A stretch of 64,000 nt of DNA from Octopus sinensis (lineage: Eukaryota), in assembly GCF_006345805.1 (NCBI RefSeq), contig NC_042997.1:138012001-138076000 (forward strand), in the 5' to 3' direction. This document shows, piece after piece, positions 1-12,860 of this stretch (position 1 is its first letter; each line of letters opens with the position of its first letter). A program made the position numbers and the translations under genes. A model generated the notes under the pieces. It saw nothing but the letters and a program-made list of their open reading frames with translations. It ran no database searches and was not told the origin of the DNA.

Positions 1-992
1 TTGGAACATAAGTAAAAAAAATATCATTGTCCAAAGTAACCCCAAATCAGAGGTGAACAGGGACAATTGTATAAAAAAAGTAATCAAATATTGACTGCAA
101 CTTATTTTTATTTCATATATCAGTGTACCTATTTAGTCCCTCTAACATAGTCAAATTTAGTTAAGATTGGAAAAAAAAGGTGATGAAATTATTGCAAGAA
201 GAAGTCTAAAACTGTTTGAAGTAACCCCGTATCAGGGTATATACACACACACACACACACACACATACATAGATACATACAGACACACACATTTACAATC
301 ATTCATATATTTCCACACACACATTTATATATTTACACACACGGTCATATATTTACACACATAGACACATACTCATATTCATATATTTACACACACATAT
401 ACACATACATATATATTCAATACACACACACACACACATATATAAACATGTACACAAACACGGATAAATAAATACATATCAAAACACTCCAAGACAAAGA
501 GAAACCTGTGTACATAAAACACATGTAAAATAAACAAGATTTTGCTGATTACATACATTAGTTGTATTACTTACTGCACATGACACAGCAAGGATGGGCT
601 GAGCAGTTTAGGGTAGGTAGTCCAGGGAAAGATTTAAATACATCCTTATTCACATGGTGAACTACATTAAATGTCTTGATTTCTTATCAACCATCGGAAA
701 GCGAAGACACTTTTCTAATAAGGAACATTGATATCAGACTCAAAGGTGAGCATCAAAGAACAATTAATGCCACAATGTTGTTAGAAAATGGACTTTCACA
801 AGGGGTTTGAAAGTTCAGAAAACCTAATACGACAACAAAAACAGGAAAATAAATAAATGAATTTATATAAGTATTTGAAGTGAGAATGAATTTATATAAT
901 TTATATATGAACACTGACTGAATATCTGAATATTATATCATATATACATATACCTTAGAGCTCTCTCATTACACACACACACACACACACAT

Positions 993-1064
<72 letters not shown>

Positions 1065-1086
1065 GTGAGAGAGGAATGAGAGAGAG

Positions 1087-1120
<34 letters not shown>

Positions 1121-1191
1121 AAGATATTTTCAGTTACTAAGTGTGTATATATAAAATAAATGTAATTACAAAGTGTGTGTGTGTGTATAAA

Positions 1192-1345
1192 ATCATCATT
1201 TAACATCTGTTGTCCATGCTGCCATGGGTTTGATGGTTTGACCAGAGCTGGTAAGCTGCACCAGACTCCAGTCTGATTTGGCAAGGTTTCAACAGTTGGA
1301 TGCCCTTCTTAATGCCAACCACTTTACAGAATGTGCTGGGTGCAT
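1192..1345 (-). mobile_element. RTE-tail-type SINE/LINE 3' fragment (family D)
   Basis: Reverse complement of the recurrent tail ...aaaccgtccaacccatgccagcatggaaa..gacgttaaa(tga)n. Other copies at about 1640-1812 (+), 48980-49135 (-), 50620-50792 (+), 52035-52190 (+), 52555-52740 (-), 56958-57150 (-), 61790-62270 (+). Confidence 0.7.
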
Positions 1346-1348
1346 TAT

Positions 1349-1391
<43 letters not shown>

Positions 1392-2978
1392 CATACACAC
1401 AATGTTACTTTTCTCTTTCTACCCCCATCCCAGAACCACTTCCATTCCTCATTTTCCCCCAGCCATGCTCCCTTCTCCAATTGAGGTGTCCTTGTATCTG
1501 TTCTACAGCAAGACATATCCCACTTCTTTTATTTAACCTCTCATCAACTGGCACAAAGCCACCTCCCTCAATACTACTTATCCCAGTCAAGGAGACATTG
1601 CCTTGACATGCAAGTTATTTGGTGACCCTGCTGGTGATAGTGGTACAAAGAAAAAGAAAGGTACCTGTAAAGTAGTTGGTGCTGGAAAGTGCATCCACCT
1701 GTAGAAACCATGCCAAAGAAGTCAACAGTGCCATCTTCTGGTTTGTCAGCTCTTGTTAAACCATACAACCCATGCCAGCATGGAAAACATGTTAAATAAT
1801 GATGATGATGAGATATATATATCATCATTTAAAGTCCGTTTTCCATGCTGGCATGGGTTGGACACTTGACAAAAGCTGATAAGCCAGCTATCAGGCCGAT
1901 ATGCTCTTGAACTGAATGCTAGTCTGGCACAGGGTCAGCCATTGACAGCTGAGTGGACTAGAGCAACATGAAAGGAAAGGGTTTGTTAAAGAACAACACT
2001 GGTCTGGGAATCGAAACCACGATCTTGCAATCATGTCTACAACACCCTAATTGCAAAACCAAGCACCTCCACACACACGTGTGTGTGTGGTGTATACACA
2101 TACACATGCATGCATACATGGTAAAAATGTCAGTTTCTATAGCTTCGGGTTGAACCAGTTCATGGATTGCCCCTCATTCAAAAAGTACAGCCTTGTCACA
2201 AACTGTCCCACGGATTCTGCCTGAGAATTACATTAAGGATACACTCGTATGGATGCTCAATCACATGTCATTTCAGGAGCAGATTACTCAACTGATCCTT
2301 GTCGTCAAACAATGATGATCCATGTATCCATCCATATAGACTTTTAATATAGTTTTGCATGCTGATGCCAAATATCACAGTAATTATTTTGAAAAAATCT
2401 ATAACGAAGTTAGAAGCATTTAGAGTTATGTATTTTTATCCAATGAAATTTAGACCGTTGACCCCACAGTGGAAGTCAAAACTTTGTTGTTGTGGCAACT
2501 CTGTTTCATTAATTATTCATTTGAACATGAACCTGTGAGTTGCCATTCTTTTGAAAAAATTTTGTTTCTTTTCTGCTTGGCTGTACTTTTAAAATTTTTT
2601 AATTAAGTGAAAATTTTGAAATATGGTGTATTAATATAATTTTCATGCTGAATCTCAAGACCTAATTCATTTGTTTCGGAAAGTGTTTTAAAAAAATACA
2701 GAGGTTTAAAGTTTGATAATTTTTACAGAGTCAGAAAACAAGATTTGAAAGCTGCCATTTTGTGCATGACTGCACATTTTAATATCTAACTGCAAACAAA
2801 TGAAATATTGGCGGAATTTTGCTTTATGTATGCCATATAATTCCTCATAACTTTGTTTTGGAATTTTCAGAAAATTTTTGCTAATTTGTGTTTTACACAT
2901 GGGAATTCATATGATTATGCGAAAACTGAAAAATATAATTTGGTGCGAGATTCAAGGCCTATTTAGCTATTAATTTTA

Positions 2979-3355
2979 GACGCAGACATGGCTTTGTGGT
3001 AAGAAGCTTGCTTCCCAACCACATGGTACCAGGTTCAATTCCACTGCATGGCACCTTGGGCAACTGTCTTCTAATAAAGCCTTGGGCTGACCAAAGCCTT
3101 GTGAGTGAATTTGGTAGACAGAAACTGAAAGAAGTCTGTCATATATATATATATATATATGTTTGTGTGTGTATCCCCCACCACCATCGCTTGACAACCG
3201 ATGTTGGTGTGTTTATGTCCCTGTAACTTAGCGGTTCAGCAAAAGAGACCGATAAAATATGTACTAGGCTTACAAAGAATAAGTGCTGGCATCGATTTAT
3301 TCAAATAAAGATGGTGCTCCAGCATGGCCACAGTCAAATGACAAGTAAATGAATG
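2979..3355 (+). mobile_element. tRNA-derived SINE with CORE-like centre (family B)
   Basis: Head gtggtaagaagcttgcttcccaaccacatgg, centre ccttgggcaactgtctt, tail gtgctccagcatggccacagtc. Further copies near 18550, 41305, 49795, 50130, 60041. Confidence 0.75.
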
Positions 3356-4719
3356 AAAAATATCACCACCTCTTCATTCCTTGTGTTTTAAGCATTTAAT
3401 AAGCATAAAATGACCAAGTGGCTTGACAGGACAGCAACATAGGAGTAAGCAACTTGGCTTGTTACAATGGAAACAAGCACCTATATGTCTGTGGCTTTCG
3501 ATTGACTAAAATCACCCAAAATTTGCCAACTTTAATGGCCATTAACTTTTTATTCATGGCAGAAATTAATTTTAAGTTAATAATTACTATACGAAAGCAC
3601 TCCATACAATATCCTCACTAGCAGATTGCATAGGTAAAGAAATCTAAAATTATTTACTGAATCCAGACAATATTCTATACAATTTGTAGATCCTGCGAAA
3701 AGTACCGATTATGAGTTTTGTACATTTGTCATAGAGTACGAAAGTAAACAAATGTAGGTGATGGTATTACATTTTTTAAATAGTAACAATTATTTCAATA
3801 ATCAGTAGAACTTTGTGCATCAATCAACATTTTTAGCTACACATACAAATTATTTAAATCCATATGATATAAATGAAAATTCCACTCATTTCTTCTGATT
3901 AGTTTACAAAAGATAGTACCAAAATAGGTACTGGATTTCATAGAAGAAATTAATCTATTAAATATAATAAGGAAGGAAAGATAGAGAAAACCAGGAAATG
4001 AATCATAGATAGCAGGTTGTTACACTATCGGAAACTTACTCTAGGAGACAGGCTGGTGGTATGGCATAATATATGTTTATGTAGTCACTCTTTGTTCCAA
4101 GTTAACCTTTATTGAGGTTCAATGTAAAATATGGAATGAAAATCAAATCCATTTAAAGTAAATGTTCTCTAAATGATCCTTCATATCTACAGACACATTT
4201 TCACATATCCATCACATCATTAAATCCTGAAGGATAACGTTCCTTAATAGGGAAGTTATGATAGCCCTAACCAAATTAGAGAGACTGTTTTAGTAGTTTC
4301 CCAACACTAAGTCTATTGTAAAGAGCCAAAACCATAAGACAATGACAAGCCAAGAACAAATTAGTTTTTGCCATAATAGTGCTGGGTGCCTTCCATGCTA
4401 TGCTGCCTTTAAAGAAATCATAAAGCATCACAAACATACACAAACACTAAATTAGATCTAAGGTTTTAGAACAGTTAGTAGGGTCTCTTCAATTATATAT
4501 GCTATTAACGATATTATCTAAAAATTCATTATTCATTGAATTAGTATTATTTCAATACACACAAAAATACATGCATATCAACTTTATACACAAATTTGAG
4601 AACAGCCGCTTATTACTGGTATTAAACTAATGGTTATTAAGATGACAAATACCAATCCTTCTACACACTGCCCTCACTAAACGAATTAGTGAAAATGTTT
4701 TGCATATGTCACGAGGTGT

Positions 4720-5216
4720 AATTACCGATGTCATGAGGGTAATAGGTGCGAGATGCTGGTGATTGAGTTGGGTTCTGGCTGCATATAATGAATGCATAAC
4801 ACCCATGAACAATTAATTTTAATTCACTGCACAAATATTTTCCACATTGGTCTTGAATTAAAAATGCGACCAAGTTAACACACGGAAAGGACAATTCTGT
4901 AGTTATTACAAATAGTTAAGAAAACTCTGTAAAGAAACTGTTACTATGAGATAAATAGTCACATTGGTTGAGTAAAGAGTCACTAAAACGACTGGTGAGA
5001 GCAGCAAAACAAGAATGTACTAAGCTTAGCTGTGGGCGCCCAAGGCATGCCTATTTATAAGCCTTGTAGGGGAATGTTCTAGAGACTTCTAGAAAGATTC
5101 ATCACATGAGGCCTCAATGCTGATTGGTGTATAACTCAGCCAATCACATGAAAAAGCTGTTACTAAGCTGTGGTTTTAACTTGGCAATTTGTTGATCCAG
5201 TTTCAAATCTGCTACA
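4720..5216 (-). mobile_element. Old LTR-like, promoter-bearing repeat (copy A)
   Basis: Alignable by eye to 33870-34427. Minus strand starts TGTA and carries TCACATGA E-boxes, two CCAAT boxes and TATAAATA (5053-5060). No TSD found. Confidence 0.45.
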
Positions 5217-5594
5217 TACACCAACCCCTCTTTTTTAACCAAAAGACGAGAGTTTGCATTCATATTCTTCAGTGTTTTGCAAGTTAAAGTTTGAAAAAGA
5301 ATCTTTATTTCATTAAAAAACAATTTGTCCACCCCTTTTCAGTCTTCTCAGCTTGAGGTAGAGGCTGCCCACTTCCTTATGGGTACTGTATTAATGAAAA
5401 TTTTCTCAAATCAAGTTAATAAAACTATGCTACAAGTAGCTTATACTTTTCAAAAAGGTGCACAAAGCTAATACCATTTCATTTTATAAGGGTTCATTTG
5501 CTATTTTAAAATATATTTCTTTTAACCCAACTGAATAGCTTTATCAAATTATCAAGTAAATTAGAACCGACCTATCGGTAATCCTGTGAGTGAG

Positions 5595-7326
5595 TGTTGT
5601 GATTTTTGTTTTGATCACGTGATTTTGTCTTGATTGCTGTTATATGCCTACAGTGCAACTGCGCATAGTTCTGTTCTGTTTGCAGCACAACATATTCAGT
5701 GTTGGTTTTTAGTTAGTCGAGACTGAAGCAACTCGCTGCATAAAACTTATTGCGTTGAAGTTTGGTTTTGCTTACAATTTAGCAATCTTTGTTTGTATTG
5801 TAGATTAGTGCATTTTTAGTTGATTAAAATTTTATAAACTTTGATATTCCAGTTTGGGTTTATAACAATTTAATCGACTAAATATAGCTAGAGAGAATGG
5901 ATAGCAAATTTATAAAACCAAATTTGTTCACCGCTGATCCAAGTTCAAGTCAAGCTTCAAAAGAATGGAAATATTGGTTCAGAACTTTAAAAACTTTTTT
6001 AGAATCATTTCCTGCTGAACCGCCTATCATGGATGAAAGCAAACTTAGGTGTTTAATAGGGCACATAATTAAATCTACTCAAGCTTTTGAAAGATTGAGC
6101 ATTGATTCTAAAGGACCCCTACCTTCAGTGTCAAAGAACCATTATTTCTTTAACTGTTGTGGATGAGTATTCACGTTTTTCGTTAATTTTTCCATGTACT
6201 GATATTAGTGCTCATTCCATTATTAGTAATTTGAAGGTTTTGTTTCATCTTTTTGGATTTCCTGCTGTTACTCATAGTGATAATGCTAAATGTTTTGTAT
6301 CCAAAGAAAGACAATTTCTGTATGATAGGGGCATAGCGATTACTCATTCTACTGTGTACAATCCTCGTGGAAATGCTCAATGTGAAAGGCATAATGGAGT
6401 AATATGGAATTCCATTAAATTTAACAGTTTCTCAATGGGAAGTTGTGCTTCCAGAAGTTTTACATTCGCAACGTTCATTATTATGCACGGCAACTAATGA
6501 GACCCCACATGAGAGATTCTTTAAATTTCCCAGACGTTCTATGTGTGGTGTTTCCGTTCCTACTTGGTTAATGCAAGGACCTGACAAAGTGTTTGTTAAA
6601 CAACATGTACGCAATAAGTATGATCCTTTAGTAGATGAAGCCCAATTGGTACAAATTAACCCTAACCACAGGAGGGTGCAGTACCCAGATGGATGTGAAA
6701 GTAGTGTGTCTATTAGAGATTTAGCTCCTACTGGCAAAACGACTGAGGAGTATCAGTCAAGTAAGGATCAAACTGATGTTGCTGACACTGATCCTACTCA
6801 AGTGCATGAACACTGCGGTGGTTTTTCTGATACCATGATCAATTTTGTCCCACCTACACCAGCTCAAGAACCAGAACCTACTTTGCACTGGCGTTCATCC
6901 AGAATGAAAAAAGTTCCCGATAGGTTAAATTTATGATTGATGATGTGTTATGCTTATGAAATGCCTTGTTATTACGTTGTTGTGATTAGCTCACGGATAT
7001 GTTTATATTTTGCATTTTGTTGGTTAATTGTTCTTTTTCTTCAGAGGGGGAAAATGTTGTGATTTTAGTTTTGATCACGTTTGTCTCAATTGCTGTTATA
7101 TGCCTGCAGTGCGACTGCACAGAGTTCTGTTCTGTTCATGGCACAACAGTGTTCAGTATTGGCTTTTAGTTAGTCGAGACTGTAGCAACTCACTGCATAA
7201 AACTGTTATTGCGTTGAAGTTTGGTTTTGCTTACAATTTAGCAATCTTTGTTTGCATTGTAGATTGCTGCATTTTTAGTCGGTTAAAACCTTTTAAACTT
7301 TGATATTCCTGTTTGGGTTTACAACA
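5595..7326 (+). mobile_element. Internally deleted Ty3/Gypsy-type LTR retrotransposon (1.7 kb)
   Basis: LTRs 5595-5867 and 7055-7326 (TG...CA, diverged). 5-bp TSD GTGAG at 5590-5594 and 7327-7331. PPT agagggggaaaa at 7043-7054. Confidence 0.9.
5897..6936 (+). pseudogene. Gag N-terminus fused to integrase core and C-terminus (frameshifted; PR/RT/RNase H absent)
   Basis: MDSKFIKPNLFTADP..KEWKYWFRTLKTFL (Gag) runs in frame into IKSTQAFERLSIDSKGP. Then TVVDEYSRF, HSDNAKCF, GNAQCERHNG and VSIRDLAP across two frameshifts. Confidence 0.85.
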
Positions 7327-7334
7327 GTGAGAAA

Positions 7335-7900
7335 AAGAGATTTTTCAAGTTACTTTCTCACACAATCCGCTTCTTTCAAAACATTTGAGATCATTTCCTG
7401 GTACCTGTGTAAACGAAAGTATTCGCCATTCAGAAACAAGTTTTCTCCAGGTCAAAAACGTGTTTCTCTGTAGGAAACAATCGAAAGCTTTATGAAATTC
7501 AATACAAATTATAAAGACATTTAAATAATTGTTCAATGCAACCAACAAGTTCAACGGTATCGCCACTATTCCCAAACTAAGCTAGAATTTTAGTACAACT
7601 GTAGCAGAAGAGATTTACGCTGTCATGAATGTGAGATGTTTTCGTTTTGAGCTGTCGACGCTTAAATACCCGGATATCAGCTCCACACTCCTTTTCATTC
7701 CAGCAAGTCACATGAACTTATGATTAAACGAGCTTGTTGTTTGTATTGGTCGGTTTCCAGCCATCCAATCGTGTTGGTGCAACAGTTTGTTTTTCCTGAC
7801 ACGGGAAATTAATCACCAGTTCCAGGAGTCTACTGATCTCCTTAAGAATGGCAATTCTTGACTACGCTTTGTCTTTGGCACACGCAACTCGTCTCAACGA
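7335..7900 (-). mobile_element. Highly decayed non-LTR RT fragment
   Basis: CIEFHKAFDCF resembles the RT motif LDFxKAFDxV. An upstream SCTKILA-like segment is present, with many stops. Confidence 0.4.
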
Positions 7901-8252
7901 TGTATCTAACACCAGCCAGTCTACGCTTTCATCCACACCAGACACCTGCCTACGTCGTTGCTGTATGAACATCACACAACAGACCATAAACAATTCAACA
8001 GTCCAGCCTAACCACGAAGTCTCTCACACACTTTGTAGTAACCTGTTATAGTCATTTTATTTCATGTATGGCAAATTATTGTATTTTAGTAAAGGAGAAT
8101 AAATCGTCGCTTACCAGTTCATTTTCTTCTCAAGTCGTATATCATTTTCACATTCTTATTACCCATCTCCGTTGTACAACATTGTGCATATTTCGCGGCA
8201 GCATTTCTTATCACTCGAATACTATTACTTCTACGGTATGTCATACGGCAAA

Positions 8253-8465
8253 GGTGGCGAGCTGGCAGAAACGTTAGCACGCCGGGCGTAGCCGTGTTTC
8301 GTCTACCGTTACGTTCTGAGTTCAAATTCCGCCGAGGTCGACTTTGCCTTTCGATAAATTAAGTACCAGTTATGCACTGGAGTCGATATAATCGACTTAA
8401 TCCGTTTGTCTGTCCTTGTTTGTCCTCTCTGTGTTTAGCCCCTTGTGAGTAGTAAAGAAATAGGT
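8253..8465 (+). mobile_element. tRNA-derived SINE (family A)
   Basis: Head ggcgagctggcagaaacgttagc, B-box-like gagttcaaattcc, core gccgaggtcgactttgccttt..gataaattaagtacca. Confidence 0.8.
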
Positions 8466-8984
8466 ATGTCATGCGGCAAATACTACACGAGATCGATGTC
8501 AATCACAAAAGAATAAATGTAACTGTAACGACAATTTTTTGCGATAAACCTTTGATGTATCTTCAGAAGTACCCACCCGCATGATCCAGGTCTTCGAGGA
8601 GTTCAATACTCCAAACTCAACAAGGACGAAGTTGAATGCAATGAAGACCATATTTTTGCAAGAATTTGTCTCGCCTATTTGTTGTTTATCGTTTTCTTTT
8701 CTGCTATTATTCAATACACTCGAGTAGTGAATAGCTTTGTTTCTGTTAATTATGAATATACGTAAAATATTTGGAGATCAAAGCCACACAAAAATATCAA
8801 TACTTTTAAGTGAAAGCAAGAATGGTTTATCGATAATGAGATTGAGAATGCAGTGTAAGGTCAGAATTTGATGATCCCGCCTTAATGCTGATTTTCTTTG
8901 ACCACGTACCAACTTTATACTGGTAATGGTAGCATACATTCTTCTATTATTAATCTCTTATTGATTAAATTGAACCTTATTTAT

Positions 8985-9213
8985 TTCTTTACTGCCCACA
9001 AGGGGCTAAACACAGAGGGGACAAACAAGGACAGACAAAGGGATTAAGTCGATTACATTGACCCCAGTGCGAAATTGGTACTTTATTTATTGACTCCGAA
9101 AGGATGAAAGGCAAAATCGACCTCGGCGGAATTTGAACTCAAAACGTAACGACAGACGAAATACCGCTAAGCATTTCGCCCGGCGCGCTAACGTTTCTAC
9201 CAGCTCACCGCCT
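8985..9213 (-). mobile_element. SINE family A
   Basis: Near-full inverted copy with CpGs retained. Others at about 23290, 32790, 47440, 50370, 55555, 58680. Confidence 0.8.
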
Positions 9214-9455
9214 TCCTTTTTGATTAAATTGAACCTTGTTACCTCTACTCAAATGCCGATAACGTAACAATTGGGTTATTTATTCTGTTCACAAAATACA
9301 TTACGATTATAGTTGTACCCATGGTTGTCTCTGGCCGATAGGCTGTGCACCAGTAGACGTTTCTACCTAGGCACATTACAGCCTCAAAGCCTTAAAAAAG
9401 TATTCAAAATTCAAAAGTAATTAACAGATCACACTGAATGTTTTCTTGTATCTAG

Positions 9456-10424
9456 AAATTTGTAATTCGTTTGTTTAACGTAGTTTAATTTTTCGAATTT
9501 TAACCAATCCTATGCTCTCTTTTGAGCTGAAATCATTTGCTGCGTTATCGATATTGATAAACAAACGAGGAGGGTTGTGTTGGCATGTGCTAGAAACAAC
9601 AGCCATATCTCTTAAATCGATGAATTTCGTCGCCCAATAAAAATATTAGATATTTTTTGAATATTTTCTTTATTTTTTTTTTTACCAAAAAGGCGTCTGC
9701 CATGGTTTTGAAGGGCCAAAAACAACAAAAACAAAACAATAATATGCTTAAATCGGTCTAGAGTGGGATATGAGGGTGCATGGAGTGTGGGTCGTATTGT
9801 AAAAATTTGCGAAATATTTTTTCATAAAAGGATGTCCCAGCTTGTCAGAGGCTGTGATATAAATTGGGAAAAAAATCCTCGACACCAGTGCGTAATTGGT
9901 ACTTAATTTATCGACCCCGAAACGATGAAACACCGATCCCCCATTTCTGGTTTATTTACCTTTTGTGTAAATTTGTTTCGGCAAGGGGCTCTATCGACAC
10001 CAGTGCGTGCGTGCGTAACTGGTACTTAATTTATCCCTAACCCTAAACCTTAACCCCTAACCCTAACTCGTGACAGCCTTCCGGCATCGGTCGCTAGCTT
10101 TGGTTAGGTTTAGGATTGGGGGTTAGGTTCAGGGTTAGGGTTAAATTAAGTACCAGTTAAGTACTGGGGCCGGTCTAAACAACGGCAGTAATTCGTTATC
10201 GATATTGATAAATAAACATGAATATACTAATAATCGTAAAGAAAAAAAAATCCCACTGTGGGGCCGGTAGGTTAGCCTGATATCGAACTCACGAACGCTA
10301 CATTACGAACAAAACGAATGTTGTCTCAGCTTTTAGACGCAGCAAATAATTTCAGCTCAAAAGAGCATAGGATTGGTTAAAATTCGAAAAATTAAACTAC
10401 GTTAAACAAACGAATTACAAATTT
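9456..10424. repeat. About 88-bp inverted repeats enclosing about 790 bp (fold-back/MITE-like)
   Basis: 9456-9545 is the near-exact reverse complement of 10337-10424. No TSD found. Confidence 0.75.
10017..10158. repeat. Palindrome: SINE-core half + (CCCTAA)n / spacer / (TTAGGG)n + SINE-core half
   Basis: Left arm aactggtacttaatttatccctaaccc matches the reverse complement of the right arm at 26/27 nt. A GC-rich spacer of about 35 nt lies between. Confidence 0.8.
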
Positions 10425-10539
10425 ATCAAAAAGCCAAGTGAAAATAATGTTTTCTTTTGATACATTCTACCAGTATACGAAGTTTTAAAGTGTTTAGTTA
10501 ACTAGCAATTGTGTTGAAATCTGGCTATCAAAAGGAAAA

Positions 10540-10734
10540 GATCGTATTTGATTGGTTGAAATTGCAGAAATTGAAGGAAAAAAAAAAACAAATATCTTAC
10601 AAACTATAGAATTTTCTCAATAAAGCCAAGAGAAAAAGATATTTTATAAACACATTCTACCAGTATACGAAGTTTAAAATTTTTTAGTTACCTAGAAATT
10701 ATGTTAAAAACTGCCGTTCAAACCGAAAAGATCC
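10540..10734. mobile_element. Truncated copy of the GGATC-TIR MITE
   Basis: Ends aaaaactgccgttcaaaccgaaaagatcc, identical to the TIR of the copies at 12861, 14925 and 32351. Confidence 0.8.
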
Positions 10735-11111
10735 CATTATTTTATTTTTGTCAATAATGGTAAGAGAAACACTATTTGGCCTGGAAAACGCCTGTTTTTC
10801 ACAAAGTAAATAACTTTCACGTTTATGCTACTCGGGAAACGAAGTGCTCAATTTGGGTGTGGGTTTTTTTTTTTTGGTGGGGGGGAAGGCGGTTACGAAA
10901 TTAATCCGGCAATTTTGTCTGGCATGGTTTCAGTTATTGCAGGAGATAATGTAGCAAGTGTACTGGAGAGAATATTTAAAATGGGTGTTTGTTATTTATT
11001 AAACGATATATTCTGAGTGTTGCTGGTCTGGCAAAATGCTAAAACAAAATAAACAAAACTACAAAAGCAACAACAGGGACAATCAAATAATCGGGCAGTC
11101 CTAGCTTCCTG

Positions 11112-11189
11112 CTATTCATTCTTTCCAATCGTATCAGCAATATCTTCAAATTGTATGTCAACAGTTTTCTTTGATAACCACCACAAAAG
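11112..11189 (-). CDS. Candidate terminal coding exon of an unrecognised gene (LLWWLSKKTVDIQFEDIADTIGKNE*)
   Basis: Acceptor ttgtctgtattag, phase 0, stop TAG, AATAAA at 11000-10995. In phase with the exon at 12049-12115. Confidence 0.35.
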   Translation of the reverse strand, partial: LLWWLSKKTVDIQFEDIADTIGKNE

Positions 11190-12048
11190 CTAATACAGAC
11201 AACATTGTTCAACGAAAGAGAAGGGGAGAGAGGGGAAAAACCACTTACACTGTACAGAAAATATATGAAGATTTTAGAACTTCGTCCCAATAACAGCTTT
11301 ACGTTTGTCTACATTGAATTGAAGAGAAAAATCAGAACAGTTGTGTCTAAATATATCTTAGGTTCAATGCCTCGATGATATCCTAGAAATTGCTACGCTA
11401 ACAGCATAAAATCGTACATTCTAGTTTCTCTCTCTCTCTCACAAACACACACAATAGTGCTTGCTAGAATAAGAAAACTGATATAGATTTCTTGTGAAGT
11501 TGTGTAGTTTAGTCCTCGGTCAGCTCTTATCAAGCACATCTATAATCAAAAGGCATTCCAGTTACGACCATCCTATCTTTTTGTTTTTCAGTATGCGAAA
11601 CCTCATTATCACATGTGTGAAATCACCCCCTTATCTAAAGACGTTAGGGCGTCTCTACCTATTGCTATCCCAGCATCACTAACTAGACCTACTTAACGGC
11701 TCCCTCAATGACTCGTTTAGAGTCAGTTGTTCTTGTTCAACCCCAGAGCAGCCCTGACGAGCAGACTAAAGGCCAAAGACGTTCCATCCATACCAACCCG
11801 TTTTATATTCAGATACAATATATTTGAAACTCGATTTATCGAATGTCTTCTTTTGTAAAGCTGCTCTATCCCGTTGTTGCCGTGCAGAATCAGCTCTTAA
11901 GGGTAGAGGAGAACGAGCACTAAGATATCAATTTTCAGATAATTCTATGATTGCAAGCACTGTTCAGAGATTCAAGTCACTCCGGGATCTAAATTTCTTC
12001 AGCTTTATATAATTAAAGTGAGAGCACAAAAGTATCTTAGCCTCTTAC

Positions 12049-12115
12049 GCAGTGAACGTTTGCTACTACACTGAGACTGTCTATCTTCAGTGATGTGAAA
12101 CCCATTTCCTCATTT
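12049..12115 (-). CDS. Candidate internal coding exon (NEEMGFTSLKIDSLSVVANVHC)
   Basis: Acceptor ttttcttttag, donor gc|gtaaga, 67 bp. Only one frame is open (phase 2 in, phase 0 out). Confidence 0.35.
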
Positions 12116-12860
12116 CTAAAAGAAAACCACTCACATTTATTATTGCTTTTTTGTACATCCGTTTTATAAGTGTTTGTTCTTAGTGCTTTCGTTAATGAAT
12201 TTAGTCACCTTTGATAGATAATTGTAATCAACACAAATCACGGACTTTCTCAAATTATAGCCATTAGTCTTACTAAGATGCTCTGGTGTCTATGAGCAGT
12301 CCACATTATTTGTTCTAAGTTCAGTATTTTATATTCAAACATTAATGATTAACTTCAGAAAGCTTGATCTTATATACCTCCCATTTACAGAAATCTCAAA
12401 CTAGCTCCATGCAGTTTTGTGGAGTGTGTGTGTGTGTTGCGCGCGCTCTCTTAGAGTCATAAAAACGAAAAGTTTTGCCGGTGCCCTTTCGATCGTGAGA
12501 TTAATTTTAGCAAAATATACTACTGTAATGTCCGTGCTCAGAAAGACTTCCTTTTGTCCCCGCTCAAAAAAAAAACATCCCCTTTTTTTTTTATTTAATC
12601 TGCACAAAAATTGGCAAAAATCGGCATTTTAAAATTACCCCCCCCCCCTCCTTCATTTTAAACTTTTTTCAGAATTTTTTTTTTTTCAAAACATGCGGGA
12701 AAATACGGAGATTATGATTCTGAAAACAATTTCCAAAAATTTTTCTACTTTGGATTAGGGTTTTAGGGTTACGCAAAAAAAATTTTTAAATGAAGAAATT
12801 GGAGGGGGAGGGGGAAGTGAGGCCAGACATTTCAAAATTCCGATTTTTGGCAATTTTCCG

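Noticed and set aside
575-4200. Minus-strand exon-like pieces (575-690, about 3590-3695, about 4040-4190)
   Set aside because: Good single splice sites but no consistent reading frame or recognisable protein; left uncalled.
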